A stretch of 64,000 nt of DNA, from NCBI GenBank assembly GCA_002633005.1, contig NMRA01000095.1, forward strand, positions 631,108 to 695,107, read 5' to 3'. Below are positions 12,919 to 27,200 of this stretch, one piece after another (position 1 is the stretch's first letter; every line of letters begins with the position of its first letter). Below the pieces are notes generated by a model that was not told where the DNA came from, ran no database searches, and saw nothing but the letters and a program-made list of their open reading frames with translations. A program made the position numbers and the translations under genes. This DNA is from Phoronis australis (Eukaryota; Animalia; Phoronida).

Positions 12919-15900
12919 AATCTCGGAATTACTAGGTTTCCTTTTGTGGTGATGAACTAAGTGAAATTTTCAGAGCAGAAACTTACGTGTTTTGGGTTTA
13001 CTAGTTTAGGACTCAATGTGGAAAACGCAGGAATTTTTTCTCGTTTTTAATTTCTTGCCATTTTTAAACTCTCTGCTATACCTATCATCAAACAATATTT
13101 TGAATAGTTGGCAGTATTCTAGGCATTGAGTCCTTAAGGGAATGTAAAAGATTAATTTTGGCTGTTAATTTTCTTCAGACAGCTGTCTACAGCGAAAATT
13201 CCCACCTTGATGACATTTTCAATCTCAAGATGTTTCAGCCTCAAATTAAAAATTTCAAGTCGAAGCCAGGAAATCCTGGTAAAAATATTCTTGAAGTCTG
13301 GATAGCTCGTAATACTTTACTGAGATGATTACCTTTATAATCCTGAACTAAAAGAATCCAGAGGATAAAAAACCATTGAAGCCACTGTTTTGCAGTTTAC
13401 AAACGAATCCATGTGGGTGTTTTTCTGTGGTTGGATTAAAAGTTCAGCAGAGTTTATTTTTCCCAGAACTCCATTGTCCCCTTTCTGTAAAACCACAACA
13501 CTGTCTTGGTTGAGCAGTTCACTCAGTGTTACAAGAGGATATACGAAGGTGTAGGCTTGGCCTAGCTTCATAGACCTTGTTTGAACAGTCACACACCTTG
13601 CTTGAACTGTAATCACTTTGTTGGTTATGCTAGCTTTAACTAAAGAACACCAGAGTTGAAGTACTTTAAAAACACCTTAGTTTCAGGCTCTGAAAAGGTA
13701 ATTATATTTGTAAACCTGGGTGCCAACTTGTGTCCATAATTTCTGAACAATGGTTATGTGACAGGCAGGCAGACAGACAGACAAACAGGCAGACAGACAA
13801 ACATATTGACATCACACTCAAACATGTGCATATTAGTGCGGTTAAATTTCTTCAAATTTGAGCAAATCTTGTAGCCAAACTTATCATTCTCCGTTCCACA
13901 CTCGTGATGCCTGATATGCTGACACAAAATTAAATTTTGTAAAACTATTTTTGTTGAAAAATTTGACAAAACAGTATTTCTCTTTTCTGTAGTCAGCAGT
14001 GTACCGTTCCTCAGTTACCTTAGGTATGTAATCATATCTTAAGCTGAGGTGATGATCGCGAGTAGCGCCCAGCAGATAATCGTTATCTCACAGGTATTGC
14101 AATAGATAACAAGTCCCAAGGCTGTGATTCAGGTTCAGCATATAGATGGGGCAGATGTTATGTACAAGATTTCTGCATATTGTCGCGGCAACAGTGCAAA
14201 ATGGTATGTGCAGTTGATTGGTCACCTAAGGCCAGAATGGGGCAGACTAGTGGAATTTCACTCGGTCAAATATTTCAATGAAAGTACTGATTAAGAAAAC
14301 TTCCCCTCGTTAGTGTTGTATGTTCAGTCTGGCTGTTACCTAATAATACGTGACAAAATTTTGGTTTCATCTGGTGTGCCGTTGAAATTTTGAAAAATGC
14401 AATCACTTTTAATTATTTTCGTCACAAATTGAAGAATTTCGCGGTAAACAAGCGTTACTGATTAATGAACCATATACTAACACAAATTTTTCTGTCTTCA
14501 TAATGTTTCTCCTTGTAGAATTTTTAAATTCCATCTTGCCTTCAGATGGTAATGCATGGTCTTTAATGTCCTTTCATTCCAATTTGTTTTGATGGATCAT
14601 GGTATATAACAGATATTTCCTTTTATTCTACAACTAGTGTAATTGCTGCCTCATCGTTAGAGCACAGTGGAAGACAACATAGCGCAATTAATATGGCTGT
14701 ATACATGTGCTTAATTTAAATAGCTACGGAGGCTCATCACCTCTAAGACTTGCGATAGGTGTAAATCAAATGACAAGCTATAGTGTTAATCTGTGTCCAG
14801 CCAATAACAGGGACATCAGATCTCATGATAAATCGCACAAGCGGATTAGTTTTCTAGCTACTGAACGCTGTGAAAGACAGACACAAAAATCAATAGGACT
14901 ACAAAAGAGTTGCAGACATACACTCGAGATTAGCGACGCTTTAACGTCAGCTATCCTTACTACGATGACGTTAATTAGTACAAGTCGGTGATGGCTATAT
15001 ATGTGTAATTAACAAACTGCAATCTATTGTTTCACTATCTACAGTTTAGTTCTTCCTGCGCGACTACCAGTTTTCCTTGTCAATTTGCCGATGTGGTCAC
15101 GCTTGTCTAAGAATTGGGTCACTTTACAGCTTGTTCACTCGCTACTTTCTTCTGTGTAATGTTTTATTTAGTTCCTAGACAGCTTACGTCTAGTGGGTTG
15201 CCCATAATCCGGTAATCTAATAATTGTGATCTAATGTAAATTGATAATACTACCCATGCTAGAGTGTAATAGAGAGGATTGATATGATTTTGATGAGAAT
15301 TAGATAATTGAAAATATCAATCTCTTCAAATTCTATTTCTTTATTTGGCTTTATTCAGCGAAAGTCACGGTAGGATTGAGAGCCTGTGCCGCATCTCTAG
15401 AGATGTTGCATCAGGTGATGAGAGCAGTGTTAGATATAGTGGATGTCTCATCAGGTGTTGAGAGTAGTCTTAGATTTAGTGGCACTTACCCACCTCTTAA
15501 CAGCTTGTTGAGATTAATGAGGATGAGAAACTGATCAGTTAGTTCAAAGGTCATCCTTTCAGAACAATTGTCTGTAGCATTTGCAGTTTTGGTAGTTAGT
15601 AATTGCTAAAATTGATTACTTAAGTTATTGTATGTTGGTAGTGATGGTGTGGAATATAAAAATAATGTAGATTGAATTAGAAAATTATAAAGCATTTACT
15701 AGGTGCGAGTTATCTTTCGTGGTAAAATAAAATAATAAGACTGAAATTTCACTTGTCTGCCATATTGGGTCTTGAAAAGTGACTAACCAGTAGGGCCAAG
15801 TTTGAAAGTTTAACCAATGAATGCCATGTAGTTTTTGACTCGAGTCTCATTTGAAATTGATGGTCTTGGCGTAACAGCAGTCACAAGAAAATTGCGCATT

Positions 15901-18387
15901 TTGGTGTCTTCTAGACTCTGTTGTTTTATCTTCATTGTACTTGTGGTGTGATCTGTTGAACATAACAATGAAAGCGCTCCGAGGAGCAAACCTTGGCGAA
16001 ATTAACCAAAAAGATGACGATAAAGATGATGACGAAGATGGTGGCGAGGATGAACAAAAGAAGTAATAATAACATACACATGATGAAAGTAGAAGTCCGA
16101 AATCAGTATGAAAAAGGCTAGTCTTGAGCGACACTTGGCGAAATTAAGGAAAAGACGGAGATGATGACGAAGATGATGACGAATATGATGATGGTGGTGG
16201 CGATGATGAACAACATCACAACATTCATATGACGAACTGCGACTGCTTTCCACGGCATGTCAATGTCTGCCAAGAGTGTTTAAAAAGTGATCAAAATGTA
16301 TTCTCCCCAATTGGCCTTTTTTCCAGCTGACTGAATGTTCATCATCTGGACCATGTGAATCATTTAGGACGAGGCTTGCTGTCCATGCCAGACGGTGTAG
16401 GTTATGATATCAGAGCCAATCAGACAATACCTCTGCGCATATCCTTGGCTGATTGATCATTAGGAAGGAATGTCAGCTATTCTGCTTCAGTTTTCCTGCT
16501 AAGTCCGCATGTACCACACACTTGGGTTGTGTTGTGGTAAGACTGACTCTGACCTGCTGTCTTGGAGTGACCTTTGGCTTTTGGGGTCACGTGTGTTGAT
16601 TGGTCAAGAACACAACATGAGTGCAGTCAAAACCACCTCGGTGGTTGTAGTCATGTCTTCCTTCTATTGCCATAGTTCATGGCTAAAACATGGTTGTGTC
16701 ATGCTGACGCATAAGAACAAGCTGACTATAACACTGTGAAACTAGTGTGTGGTACAAGTCTGGCAATTATGTGCATTTGAAATGTGTTGATGTGTTAGCG
16801 CGGTACTGAAAATCAGAGCCGCGCAGTTTGAATGTGGAAACACTCTGTGTTTCGACTTAGTTGCTGATGCAACATTACCTTAAAGCTGCCCGCGGTACCA
16901 TCTGCATCTGTAAGAACCTGCTTTCCCGTGGAATACGATTCGAAGATTTTTGATAATGCGAGTTAGCATTTGTAATTTTATTCAATTTTGATGTGGATTG
17001 AAGAGAATTGTCTGATTGCTTTTCATTTAGATTTGGACTGTAAACGCGATTTTGTATAATTTGAAATTGACCATTTGTACTCGACCTAATTATCACTTGT
17101 ATTTGACTTTAAAAACATTGTTTTAACCCCGACACAAAAAACAAAGCTGCATTTGTAAAGATTTGACATTATCCCCGTCAGTAGGGAGTTGAATCATCCC
17201 AGAGTTTTCGTTCTTCTGCCCCAGTAATCACCCATTTCTGTGAGGTTGTGTGAATTCTAAGGTATGTTAGGTAAATCAACTTGAGTGCACCCAGGTGTAC
17301 ACAGTGTCCTACTGTGCACCCAGCTGCACACCACCGTGTCATTTCTGTACAATGAAAGTTGTCGTACTTGCGCAAGTTCAAATCTCAGTTAGATGACGCT
17401 TAATTATGCATAAAATTGATCGCTATCTATAAATCTCCCGTGGCTAGGATTTTTTCTTGTTGAGATTGTTAACAACTGGAGCAAGACGTGTGCATGGTTG
17501 AGATTGAAAAAAATAGTCTGTTGTTCTGGTGAGTCTTGTAACCTGTGTCTTTTATTGCACTGTCCAGTGATGCGGGCCATGTGATATTTTTCACACGTTG
17601 CCATGGCTGATAGTTTTTCAGTTGTAGGTTTGTGTTGTATCTGCACGCTCATAATTATGCTAATTTATTACAGGAACTAAACGACACTGCTACTTAAACA
17701 TCATCTATGCTAAACAAAGTGCAGTTGTATTTATTGATAACTTGTATTTGTGAAAAAAAAGTTCTGAAAATAGGTGACCTTTGCACTAATGACGTACCTT
17801 GGGGGCTCACATAGCCTGCATCACGTCACGATACTCAGTGGATACAGCTAAGTGATTATTTTCAACGTAAAACTCGTTCTTAAAATCATTTAGCTGTTTT
17901 CAACCCCTGCATCATATTCACCTCGTCGCTATAAGTCGTATTTTTAACTAATTTGACCAAGCAATCACAGATATAAGGAATTAGTGTACAAGTTCCACTT
18001 TAAGAAAATACAGCCTGTACCCTGCTCGGTGAAACAAGGATTATCCATCTCGACTTACTGTACTAACATTCTCGTTCTTTTATCAAAGGCTCTTAGATTA
18101 AAATTATTATACAGTGCCCTCTCCTTCAGCTTTGTTTGTTTGACGTAACCTATATGTACATGGCCTAGATATGAAGTTATCATACAGGAAATGCTATTTA
18201 TGTTTATGTTGCAGTTTTCTTAGGACAACATTTACAAGTGAATCACCTGAAAATTCCTGTTTCTCCACATTTCCTGTAATCGTTAGATGAGCGTAGACTT
18301 GTTGTTTACAGTTGACCCTATTGTTGACCTACCTGATCAATGTGGACACACTTTCTCAATGGGATTGATTCAGCCATCTTTCTCTTA

Positions 18388-18676
18388 AGGCCCTTTCACC
18401 CTAACTTAACTCTGATATGAGTGTAGCGCCGACGTAATTGAATCGTTCATACCAGCTTCAGTAGTTAAGAGCTTCGAGGTAAATGCTAGGTGACGCTGTC
18501 GTCATTGAAGTAATCACAAGGTAGCGCTGATGCATCCCATGCACGTTAAGATTTTTTTAATGTGACAATTATGGAAAAGTTACATGTGCTTATTGATATA
18601 AAACTTGTTTTCAGTTTGATTGGTGATTAATTGAGCAAAATATATGTAACTATTAGCGACAACATTGCTCTTTAAT
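18388..18676 (+). mobile_element. Dispersed repeat, homologous to about 43650-43893; possibly PIF/Harbinger-like
   Basis: Shared ttaactctg.tatgagtg...caaggtagcgctgat...attggtgatta...gc.ctttaatt. Confidence 0.6.
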
Positions 18677-19836
18677 TATTGAACAATTTCGCATGTGCCT
18701 CTCTCAAGTGAATAGTTCTGGCTTCATTCATATTGAAAAATATGCAAGTTAACAGAAACTCTGTAATATCCGTAGTCCAGTGCATTGTTTGAGAAAAAAG
18801 AGGAAATTCATGGATATTCCTGATCCTCGATTTCTGGTGTGCTGACGCTGCAGTGTAGTCCCAGTTTTTAGAGTTGGTGCGCATGTTTTTATCTCATAGT
18901 TTGAGTTAACATCAAATTTCCATGCTGGATATTTGTCGGCCATTCTTTAAGCACTGACGGATCATTAGGTGGAAGTGTAAAACATGGTCGCAGTGGGGCG
19001 GTATTCTTTATAAACCTTACAACTAGGAACAAAAGGAAACCATGATGATTGCAACACAAAAAGCTTTTTACACTTGATTATTGACGCCAGAATGATGTCT
19101 CAACTTGATTTCAGTTCACTGATTTACGACTTGGGGCACTATATTCTATGTTCACTATATTTACTAGATTCACTGATTTAGCACTTGCAGCACTACATTC
19201 GAGTTGTTCCGAAGACGCCTAAGGAGACTCATTTGCCAATTACAAATGAAAAAGGAGTAAAAGGGTTTAAATGCTCTTGTAAATTCACCAGTTTCTCACT
19301 GTAGTGGCAATGTGTAGAAATGCTTGAGAAAATCAGAACCCTTTATTTCTTTGCCATAAATTTGCCATTCTTGTGCAGCAGTAACATGTTAGTTTCAAAA
19401 AAGATTAACCACTGGTATAGTTTTCGTAACAATTATTCCAGGTTTGCTGCCCAAAACCTTCATTTAAGAAGTTGTTTATTTTGCATCCATGCTTCAAGGC
19501 CTTTCATTTTGAGTTGGAATTTTTAATGTTCTATCTGTCCTGAATTGCTTCTTTTCTTAAATTGATTTATTTCTGATCTGTATTCGATGAAATGATCAGT
19601 GAATTTGGAGTGAAATGAAAATTTGAAACAAAGTGCCATCCTCATGTAGTTGTACTCTGCTTAGGATGCCATTATTTGTAATGAAGTATAGTCATGGTTC
19701 ATGGTGTGGTATAAAACTGTTGACTGCCAGCTGTCTTAGGCCTTGTGTACAATATTGCTACCAGTAATCCGGTTGTATTTATTATTGATTTTGTCGCATG
19801 CGCGCGTAAATCGTCATCATTCCTACTACTCTCCAG

Positions 19837-19936
19837 TCTGGTACTGCCTGGAGCCAGCACGCGGCATTTCAACAGCCATTACCAACGGCTAATGGACACG
19901 AGCCAGAAGCAATGTTTCAAGAACGTTCACTTGAAG
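19837..19936 (+). CDS. Probable upstream exon of the same gene (SGTAWSQHAAFQQPLPTANGHEPEAMFQERSLE+g); in-frame ATG at 19912 is a possible start
   Basis: ctactactctccAG acceptor and gaag|GTagat donor; 100 nt open frame. It ends in phase 1, which matches the phase-1 start of exon 43298 (g+aa = Glu). No homology support. Confidence 0.5.
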
Positions 19937-22900
19937 GTAGATACCCTGTGTACTCCATTTCCCATTATGAGTTCTACCCACTGTTAGGTCAGTGCTGTGG
20001 ATTTCCATTCTGAAGCACTTTGCTAGTTAACTGGTACATGGATTATTCACTGTAAATGTAGCCACAGGGCTACCTCTCATAGAATATTATTTGTAGCATT
20101 GTCCCACCATTTGACTGCTGTTGTCCCCCCTTTCTGTGTAAACTTGCGTAAGAATTGGTTGTGTCAGGCTGGTGTTGAAGGGTGATGAAAGGTCAGAGCA
20201 CAGAAAAATAGATTTGAAGTGGAGACTTATTGTCAAGAAAGGTGGCTGTTGGCTTCACAGGGTTCACTGTCTGATGTCTGAAGGCCACTCCAATCTGCTT
20301 TGTCAGCTTCTTGGTCTGCAGTGTCTTGTCCTCTAGGTGCTGTTCTTATTGTCAATTTATGCTCGTTTGGTGTTTGGGATTTCTTGGGTTTATTGGCAAT
20401 GATACGTTGATTGTTCAGATTTTGTTTTAGCATCAGCTGTATTGTTTTGCTGAGAAATGTAGTCTTCTACATGTAGTCGGTCATGCTGGAATGATGTTGG
20501 GGTGGGAGACTTTCATAAAGCAGCGTTGCCTGGTCACATTGGACGGATGAGTGCTGCCATCTAGTGGTAGTGAGAAGTAGTTTATATTGCAGTAAACTGA
20601 TCATCATGACTGGATGTCAAAAACATTAACAATATTTTGGGACATTCTAGTGAAATTGCTTTGGCTTTAAAGTAGAACTTATTCCTCTGTGTAAGAGGAC
20701 AAGAAAGACTCCTGGACTCCTGGGCCCAACCAAACTTTTACGTGAATCAGCTCGAAAATTGACCTATCACATTCTGTGAAATTTGAAAGCTCAATCAGAA
20801 TTTGCAATATGATTTGTCAAATTCCAAGTGAAGTCTTCAGTCGTGGGTCCGCGGTCTAATCTCGGACCGTAATGGAGACTCAAGACAAAAATTGACCAAT
20901 TGCACGTAGCATATTCTGAGTACCTTGAAATTCATACTAGAATCGTGCAGTATGATTTGTTAAGTTTCAAATCTGAATGCGAGTCAAGTCGGAGATTAGA
21001 CTTTGGTCAAACATGGTCCATCTATTGGTTCCTGAACATATTAATGTTTTTGTGAGCATATTATATCTGACACTGACCAGTAAGGTTGTGGTTTACCATG
21101 CATGTTTGACGTGTCCTTCAAGCTTCCTGACTTCTAAATACACAACAGAGTTGTACTGTTGCACCTAGACTAGGGACTTGAACAGAGTCTACTGGCTTTT
21201 GACTTTCAGCTAAAAATCAGTCTAGTGATGACTTAACCTTTTTCACGAAAACTGGCTAAAGCTGTAAGTTAGAAAGTCTAAGTGTATTTACAATTCTAAA
21301 GTTGAAAGACAGAAAGCTGTTGTTGTCTTATTGGACAGAAGACAAAATTGTTTGAGAAATGCTACAGACAAAAAAATCAACAGATTTCTGAAGCAGCCCT
21401 GGAGCTGTCCAAAATGGAGTTTTAAGATGTGATTGAAGTTGGGAGTTGATAAAGGATGTATCTGTCGTGGGGAAATAAAAAATGCGACTTATTCAACATC
21501 TGTTTTGTGACATAAGATGATTTCCAAGGGAATATGTTGGTGATATTTTATGACAGAGTGCACTATGCCTTCTGTGTACAAATCTCTCAACTCCTCAAAA
21601 TTATGACTTTTTGTTGACTTTCTAAGGATACTGTGGTGAAATCTTTGAAGGGAAACCATAACAACTAGACCAGGTCAGGCTAGGTGTCTATCCCCATATA
21701 TCAACCAGGACAGGCATTATGAAGCCAGATCAGTCTTATGTTTGTACCAGCTGTCTAGACATAGAATTAGCCTTGCTCTTTGCTTCTGCTGAGAGACATT
21801 TGATTTGTTGGTCATCAAGGTTTACCACTTTTGAACTTTGTGGTGGTTTGTGTCTTACTTGGGAGCTGGTAGAGTGGAAGGTTTTTGTTCCATGTCAGTT
21901 TGGCAGCACTCGTTTTGATGCATAAACCTATGTCATCGAGTGAAATTTGACTTTGCCTTCGGATGGTTTTACAAATTATATGTGGAGTTTGGAATGCAGT
22001 TGTTCATTTGCTGTTCCTGATGTGACACTGAAAAATAGAGATGGGTGATGTGGTAGTTGCCTTCCTCCTCGAAACTCCAGTCTCTGAGTATTGGTGCTGC
22101 TGGGTCCCAGCTCTGGCTCTGGAAGATTTTATTTGATTTGGATGTTACATGCTTTGATGAAACTTATATATAGCATGGAGGTCGGCTTATATCCACTCCA
22201 AGTTAAAAAGCATGGCTGTTGATTGTCTGTTTCTATGACAGTAGGTGGATGTACCTGTGCATGCGGGATCCCAGATAGTTGTTTTACCAATTGTCCATGT
22301 AAATGAGATAAATTGACGTCAACTGCAGGTGGAGCTGCGATGTTCTTCACTGATTAAACCTTCATAGGACTGTGCACAGTGCCTAGCATCACCTCCTTGA
22401 CTGACTCTTTTGACTTTGTCCAAAGAGCTTTGGTTACTTTGTGGGCTTTTTTGTCAAAATGTAGTTCAGGTCATTAATACAAGACTGGACTGAAATCTTC
22501 TCTGACTTCAGGCTGAAGGTGCAGTAAAGACAGGTTGAGTTAAAGACAGTGTTGGTCTATTAGAAGGGTTACTGGGTGCATCCTGTCAGGTCAACTAGTA
22601 TGGCTGTTGGTCCACCTTTGTTCCACTGTGGTGTGCCTTCAGTTTGTGGTTGCCCAGTTTTGTCGAAAGTTAACCAATTAAATCCGTTTGATAATAGCCG
22701 GTTATCGGAGTGGAGTTCTACGTAGTGATACGTTTGATGTTTTGTGCTCCAAGCCTCAGGCCATTCGCTGAATTTTTTAAACTCAAGGTTAAGCGTCTCT
22801 TATTTTGCCTTGGAAGATTTATGACCTGGACTGTTCTTAAGGTACTTTTTCATTTGCAGATCTCATGGAGTGGTGTTTAATGTCTTAGTGTACACGAACC

Positions 22901-24208
22901 ATTTATCTAGTCGCTATTTAACATTTTTTCATGTGTATTATTGTGGAGATGTGGGGAATTTCATGTCACAGTTACTTGCTTCTTTAGTCCTGTTGTCTTT
23001 ATCATGTGGGGTGAGGAGAGACATAACTCTCTTGCGATGTCCACATTCATTTTTCTACAAGGATTGGCTCTAACACTAGTTGTGAAAATTTTGTGCGAGC
23101 AATCAGAACCCTGAATCACTCTGGGCCCTGGGTTGTGTTGGTTAGGTATAAGCTAATCATACATTATTTCAGGTCCAGGATTTTGTTAAGTTTATTGAAT
23201 GTCCTCTTTAGGCAAATAAAGCATTATGATGTAACAAAGAGATTTCTAGTTTTCCACTAGCAATGGATGGCGTGTGCTTGACTAGAAGACTTGGACTCAT
23301 TTGATGGTAAGGCTGATTTATGTCTGGTTTATAACTAATAAGGGCTATGATTTTTTGTGAGGTTTGAAATAGATTTAGATGAAAACTTTAAGCTCATGAA
23401 AAAGCCTCTTAACTTTTTTAGTGGCACATTTAGTTTTTCGTAGCTTCAGACAAACAGGTGTTAAAGTTACTAATTTAGTAAAACAGATCGGAGAGGATGT
23501 GTCAAGTGGAGATTTGAAACCAAGGTTGGTGCACTTCTGAACAACCACAGAATGTAAAAAACGTCTGCTTGAGAAAAAAAGATGATGGTTTCTGTCATAG
23601 TCTCAAAAAACAACTAACTGCATTCTCGGTATAATTGAGTTATTGCCAGATGAGAAGCCTGCATGTTGCAGTGTCCTTTTCTGCCATGCTGATCTGATCA
23701 AACACCCACAAATTAAGTATTGACCTGGACTAAATCAACAGGGATCTTCTTTGTCTGTTGGACCAGTCCATTGGTGAAGGGGGTGCAGGCTGTGAGACAA
23801 CAACCAGTGGCTACTGACCTGGTGCTGATCATGAGCAAGTATAGGTAGGAGTGGAGGCTATTTGTGTATTGATTTGTTAGAGCATTTATTAGACAGTGCA
23901 ATATTGGTTATAATTATTGCTAGTGTAGTGAAGCCACTTTACAATGGCCTTCACTGTCATGGATACAACAGTTTACCTTTGAATTATTGGTAAATTTATA
24001 CTACAGATGTTTTGTCACTTAAGTATGGTTGTGAGTCTTAGAGCTTGAATATTTTGTAAATCAGATCAACTTAGAGTAGTCCATATCAAAATTCCATGTA
24101 TGTGTATAAAAGTGATAGAAATAAATTTCTTAGGTATGTTTAGGGGTTTTTCTAAGATTTCAAAAAGAGTGATCCAAATTTAAATCCACGCATAACATTT
24201 TTGAAGCG

Positions 24209-24243
24209 CTGAGTCAAGAAGGGGGTCCCCCTTCTTGACTCAG
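24209..24243. repeat. Perfect 35 bp palindrome with 17 bp arms
   Basis: ctgagtcaagaaggggg t cccccttcttgactcag. Confidence 0.9.
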
Positions 24244-27200
24244 GGTGTCTCCCATCCTTTCTTGGGTAGAAAACAGTAACTGACTAACCCTGGTCCCTGG
24301 CTGTCTGAGGCTTTATAAGCTGAACTTAGCTTTAATTGGTTAAAAAAGAAAACTTAGTTGGTAAATGCATGCAGTTTTAGGTCAAATTAACGTAATTTGT
24401 ATCATAAAAAGATAAGTACTTGTTGACAACAAACATTTTAGGTTTCATAACATATCTTTAACAGAAGTAAAATAGCTTGAAGGTTCTTATGTCTCCATAA
24501 AGAAAATAAGTAACACATTTAATATTGAGACAAAATTTCTTGTATCAAATATATGAATTTCTTTATGGCAACTGTTGTGTCAATATTCTTTTATTAGATT
24601 TCCAGTACTCTGTAACAAATGCATCAAAATCCTGTCTTTTCTTGATTTAGGTATGATTCACTGGTTTCACCAAGGAAATAAGATTTCATTACAAATTTTT
24701 GGTGTAACCAGGGCAACTGTGCTGTAGTGTATCTGAGTTGACACCGTTCTGTCTTCAATTGTATTCAATCTGGAGGTCATCGTTCTCCTCACTCTTAAAT
24801 AATAGTGGTATAGAGGCAGTTGCTCATGGATGAAGGCGTTATGACCAATAGCCGTCACATAGCAAAAAACAATATCTGAAGGGTGTTAGTACTAATTAAT
24901 ACTTGGTCTGCTAAATGTCAATGTTCACAAAATGTCGGTGAATAAAAGAATTTTTTGTTTCGTCTTTGTCGGCTCGGCCTGTCATGCGCATCAAGAGTTT
25001 GAAAGTGGGTCAAGCAAAAAGTTACATTTGAACTGTTGTATGTCCGATGGGTTCGTGACACTTGGAATTTTCCTTATCCCCTCTTTGCGGTATACTCTCG
25101 AGACATGCGTCCAAACATGGAATGAATTGGAGCGCTCCCCTGGAAGTAAGGTCCCAGGTCCCAGCAACTCATTCTCACAGAGACTGAATGATCTTGAATG
25201 TGAAAAGCTCCTGGTGTTTTCACGGAGTTCAGAAAATGAAGGTTTATTGCTGCAGGTCTAGTTTACTCACTGTAGACGCTTCCAAATTTTTATGAGTTTC
25301 CCAATGCCACCCAGTTCTCAGCCAGAATAAGCATTTTTTTATTTCCCCAAGACTTGTGTGTTTAGTTGGTTGCTAATCATTTATAAACAACATTTCCTGT
25401 TGCGGTTGGACGGCAGGTTTATGGCCCGTTTAACGACAAGAGATCAAATCAAAACACATTTTTAGCAACAAATGAATGCTTTATTGGTGTTATTTAAGGA
25501 AAAGGTAGTGTAAAAAAGTTTTAGAGCTACAAGTGTCATACTGAGAACTTGCGAAAATGGACCCACCCAAAAGTACGCCCATGGGCGTATGTTCGGAAAT
25601 CGGTAACTGTTTGCAAGTTTTGGAAATCTGGTGTATTGTTCCAACATATGTATGTTTTGATGTAAAATTTTGTTTATTGTTGGCAAGACAGTTTTTTGGG
25701 ACTGTGATTTCACTCAATGACTGTCATTTAACAAGACATTGGGTGACCTATTTGGTATCAAACCATGTTTACACATTACGAAGGACAGTATTTAATGCTC
25801 TGTGTTTGCTGAATGCAAAATAAAGATAGAGCAGTTTAGAGGTTGTTATGACAAAGGCAACCTAGGGAATGTTTGGAGATAGCTAAGCATAGAAAGTCAC
25901 TGTGTGAAGCAATCCACTGGCTCATCTGATGAACATCCAGTCTGGCTATTTACATGTCGTTGTTTATTCTGACATTGTAAATTATCGCATTAGCATCCAG
26001 GTTTATTGATGTTCATTGGACAACATCCTTAGATATCAGATACTAAAATCAATGTCAGGACAATCCTTTAGCTTTGTAATCATCAAGCACTGGAGTAAAT
26101 ACACAGAGGAGATATTGAATTCGAAATCAATTCAATGTTTGCTGTCGACTTGATCCATTCATGACTGCACATACTCGTAAACATGTGAGGTTTGTATCAA
26201 GATATCAGATCGCTGATTTCTTCAACATTGATGGGCTTACTCACCCTTCAACTTAGAGTTTATTGACCTCTGCTTCTGCAATAGCCACTCTACAGAGTGT
26301 GATCTTGTTTAGGACATGATGGATTTGTTATTGTACAGGTAGGAAGGTGCAGGTAAAGGGTTGAACACCTAGTATCTTCCAGGTGTAGTTTGGGTTTCCT
26401 TGGTGACGACATGATAAATGCCATCATATTTGAGGTGGTATCTTAAATCCATTTAGTTAACTGTTGGAAAGTTGGGTTGGTGTGTCGCAATACACTCGTG
26501 TGACCTACACTACACATACGGTATATTTGAAGTTTTTTCGATGACCTGAGATAAAAATGACCATGACTGGTCTCCCAGTTAAACTAACCTGAGCATATTG
26601 GGCCATTGTGGTGATAGACATGCGATTCAGATGAGTTTGTCTGGGCAGCAATAAGTGGTACTGGAAATAGAAGTTATTTTAGAGTTCAAGGGAAGGTTGT
26701 TGGTGGTGGTGCCCTGGAATGGAGGATCAGATGAGAATTCTAACTATTGTTCTTCACCTTAGTCTGTAAAAAAGGGTGATGTTCTTTGCCTGGAATATTT
26801 ACTGTTGGCCATCAAGTCTTTAGAAAATAAGCTCCCAATCCCTCGTGCTCTGGTAACAAGTCGAGAGAGGAAACTGGCTTACGTCGTGATGCTCAGATAT
26901 TGAAAATGAGATGATGTTTTACTATGTTGCCCGGTGTTTAACTATGCAAGATTCAACTTTGCGCCAGAAACATCATGTAACTTTACAAACTCCAAAAATA
27001 TCTGCGGTTTGCTTAAGACAAAAAATAGACTATCCTTGATGTTAAGGTTCTGATTTCAGACAGGAAATTCTAATGGTGCAGAAATGTGCTAATTGTCTAT
27101 TCATCAAATTGCCATCTATTATTTAATTATCTAGTATTGTAATGTGCACAAGTGAGCACTGGATACAAATACAAATACAAATACAAATCTCTGTTACACA

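Noticed and set aside
12443-12952. 169 aa AVDVYS-repeat ORF, or a CRISPR-like array
   Set aside because: Pure 18 bp tandem repeat with no unique spacers and no cas genes, in a eukaryotic context. The frame is open only because the unit is a multiple of 3.
15968-16240. Acidic Asp/Glu-rich, exon-like stretch
   Set aside because: Degenerate two-copy GAT-rich duplication with stops and no convincing splice sites.
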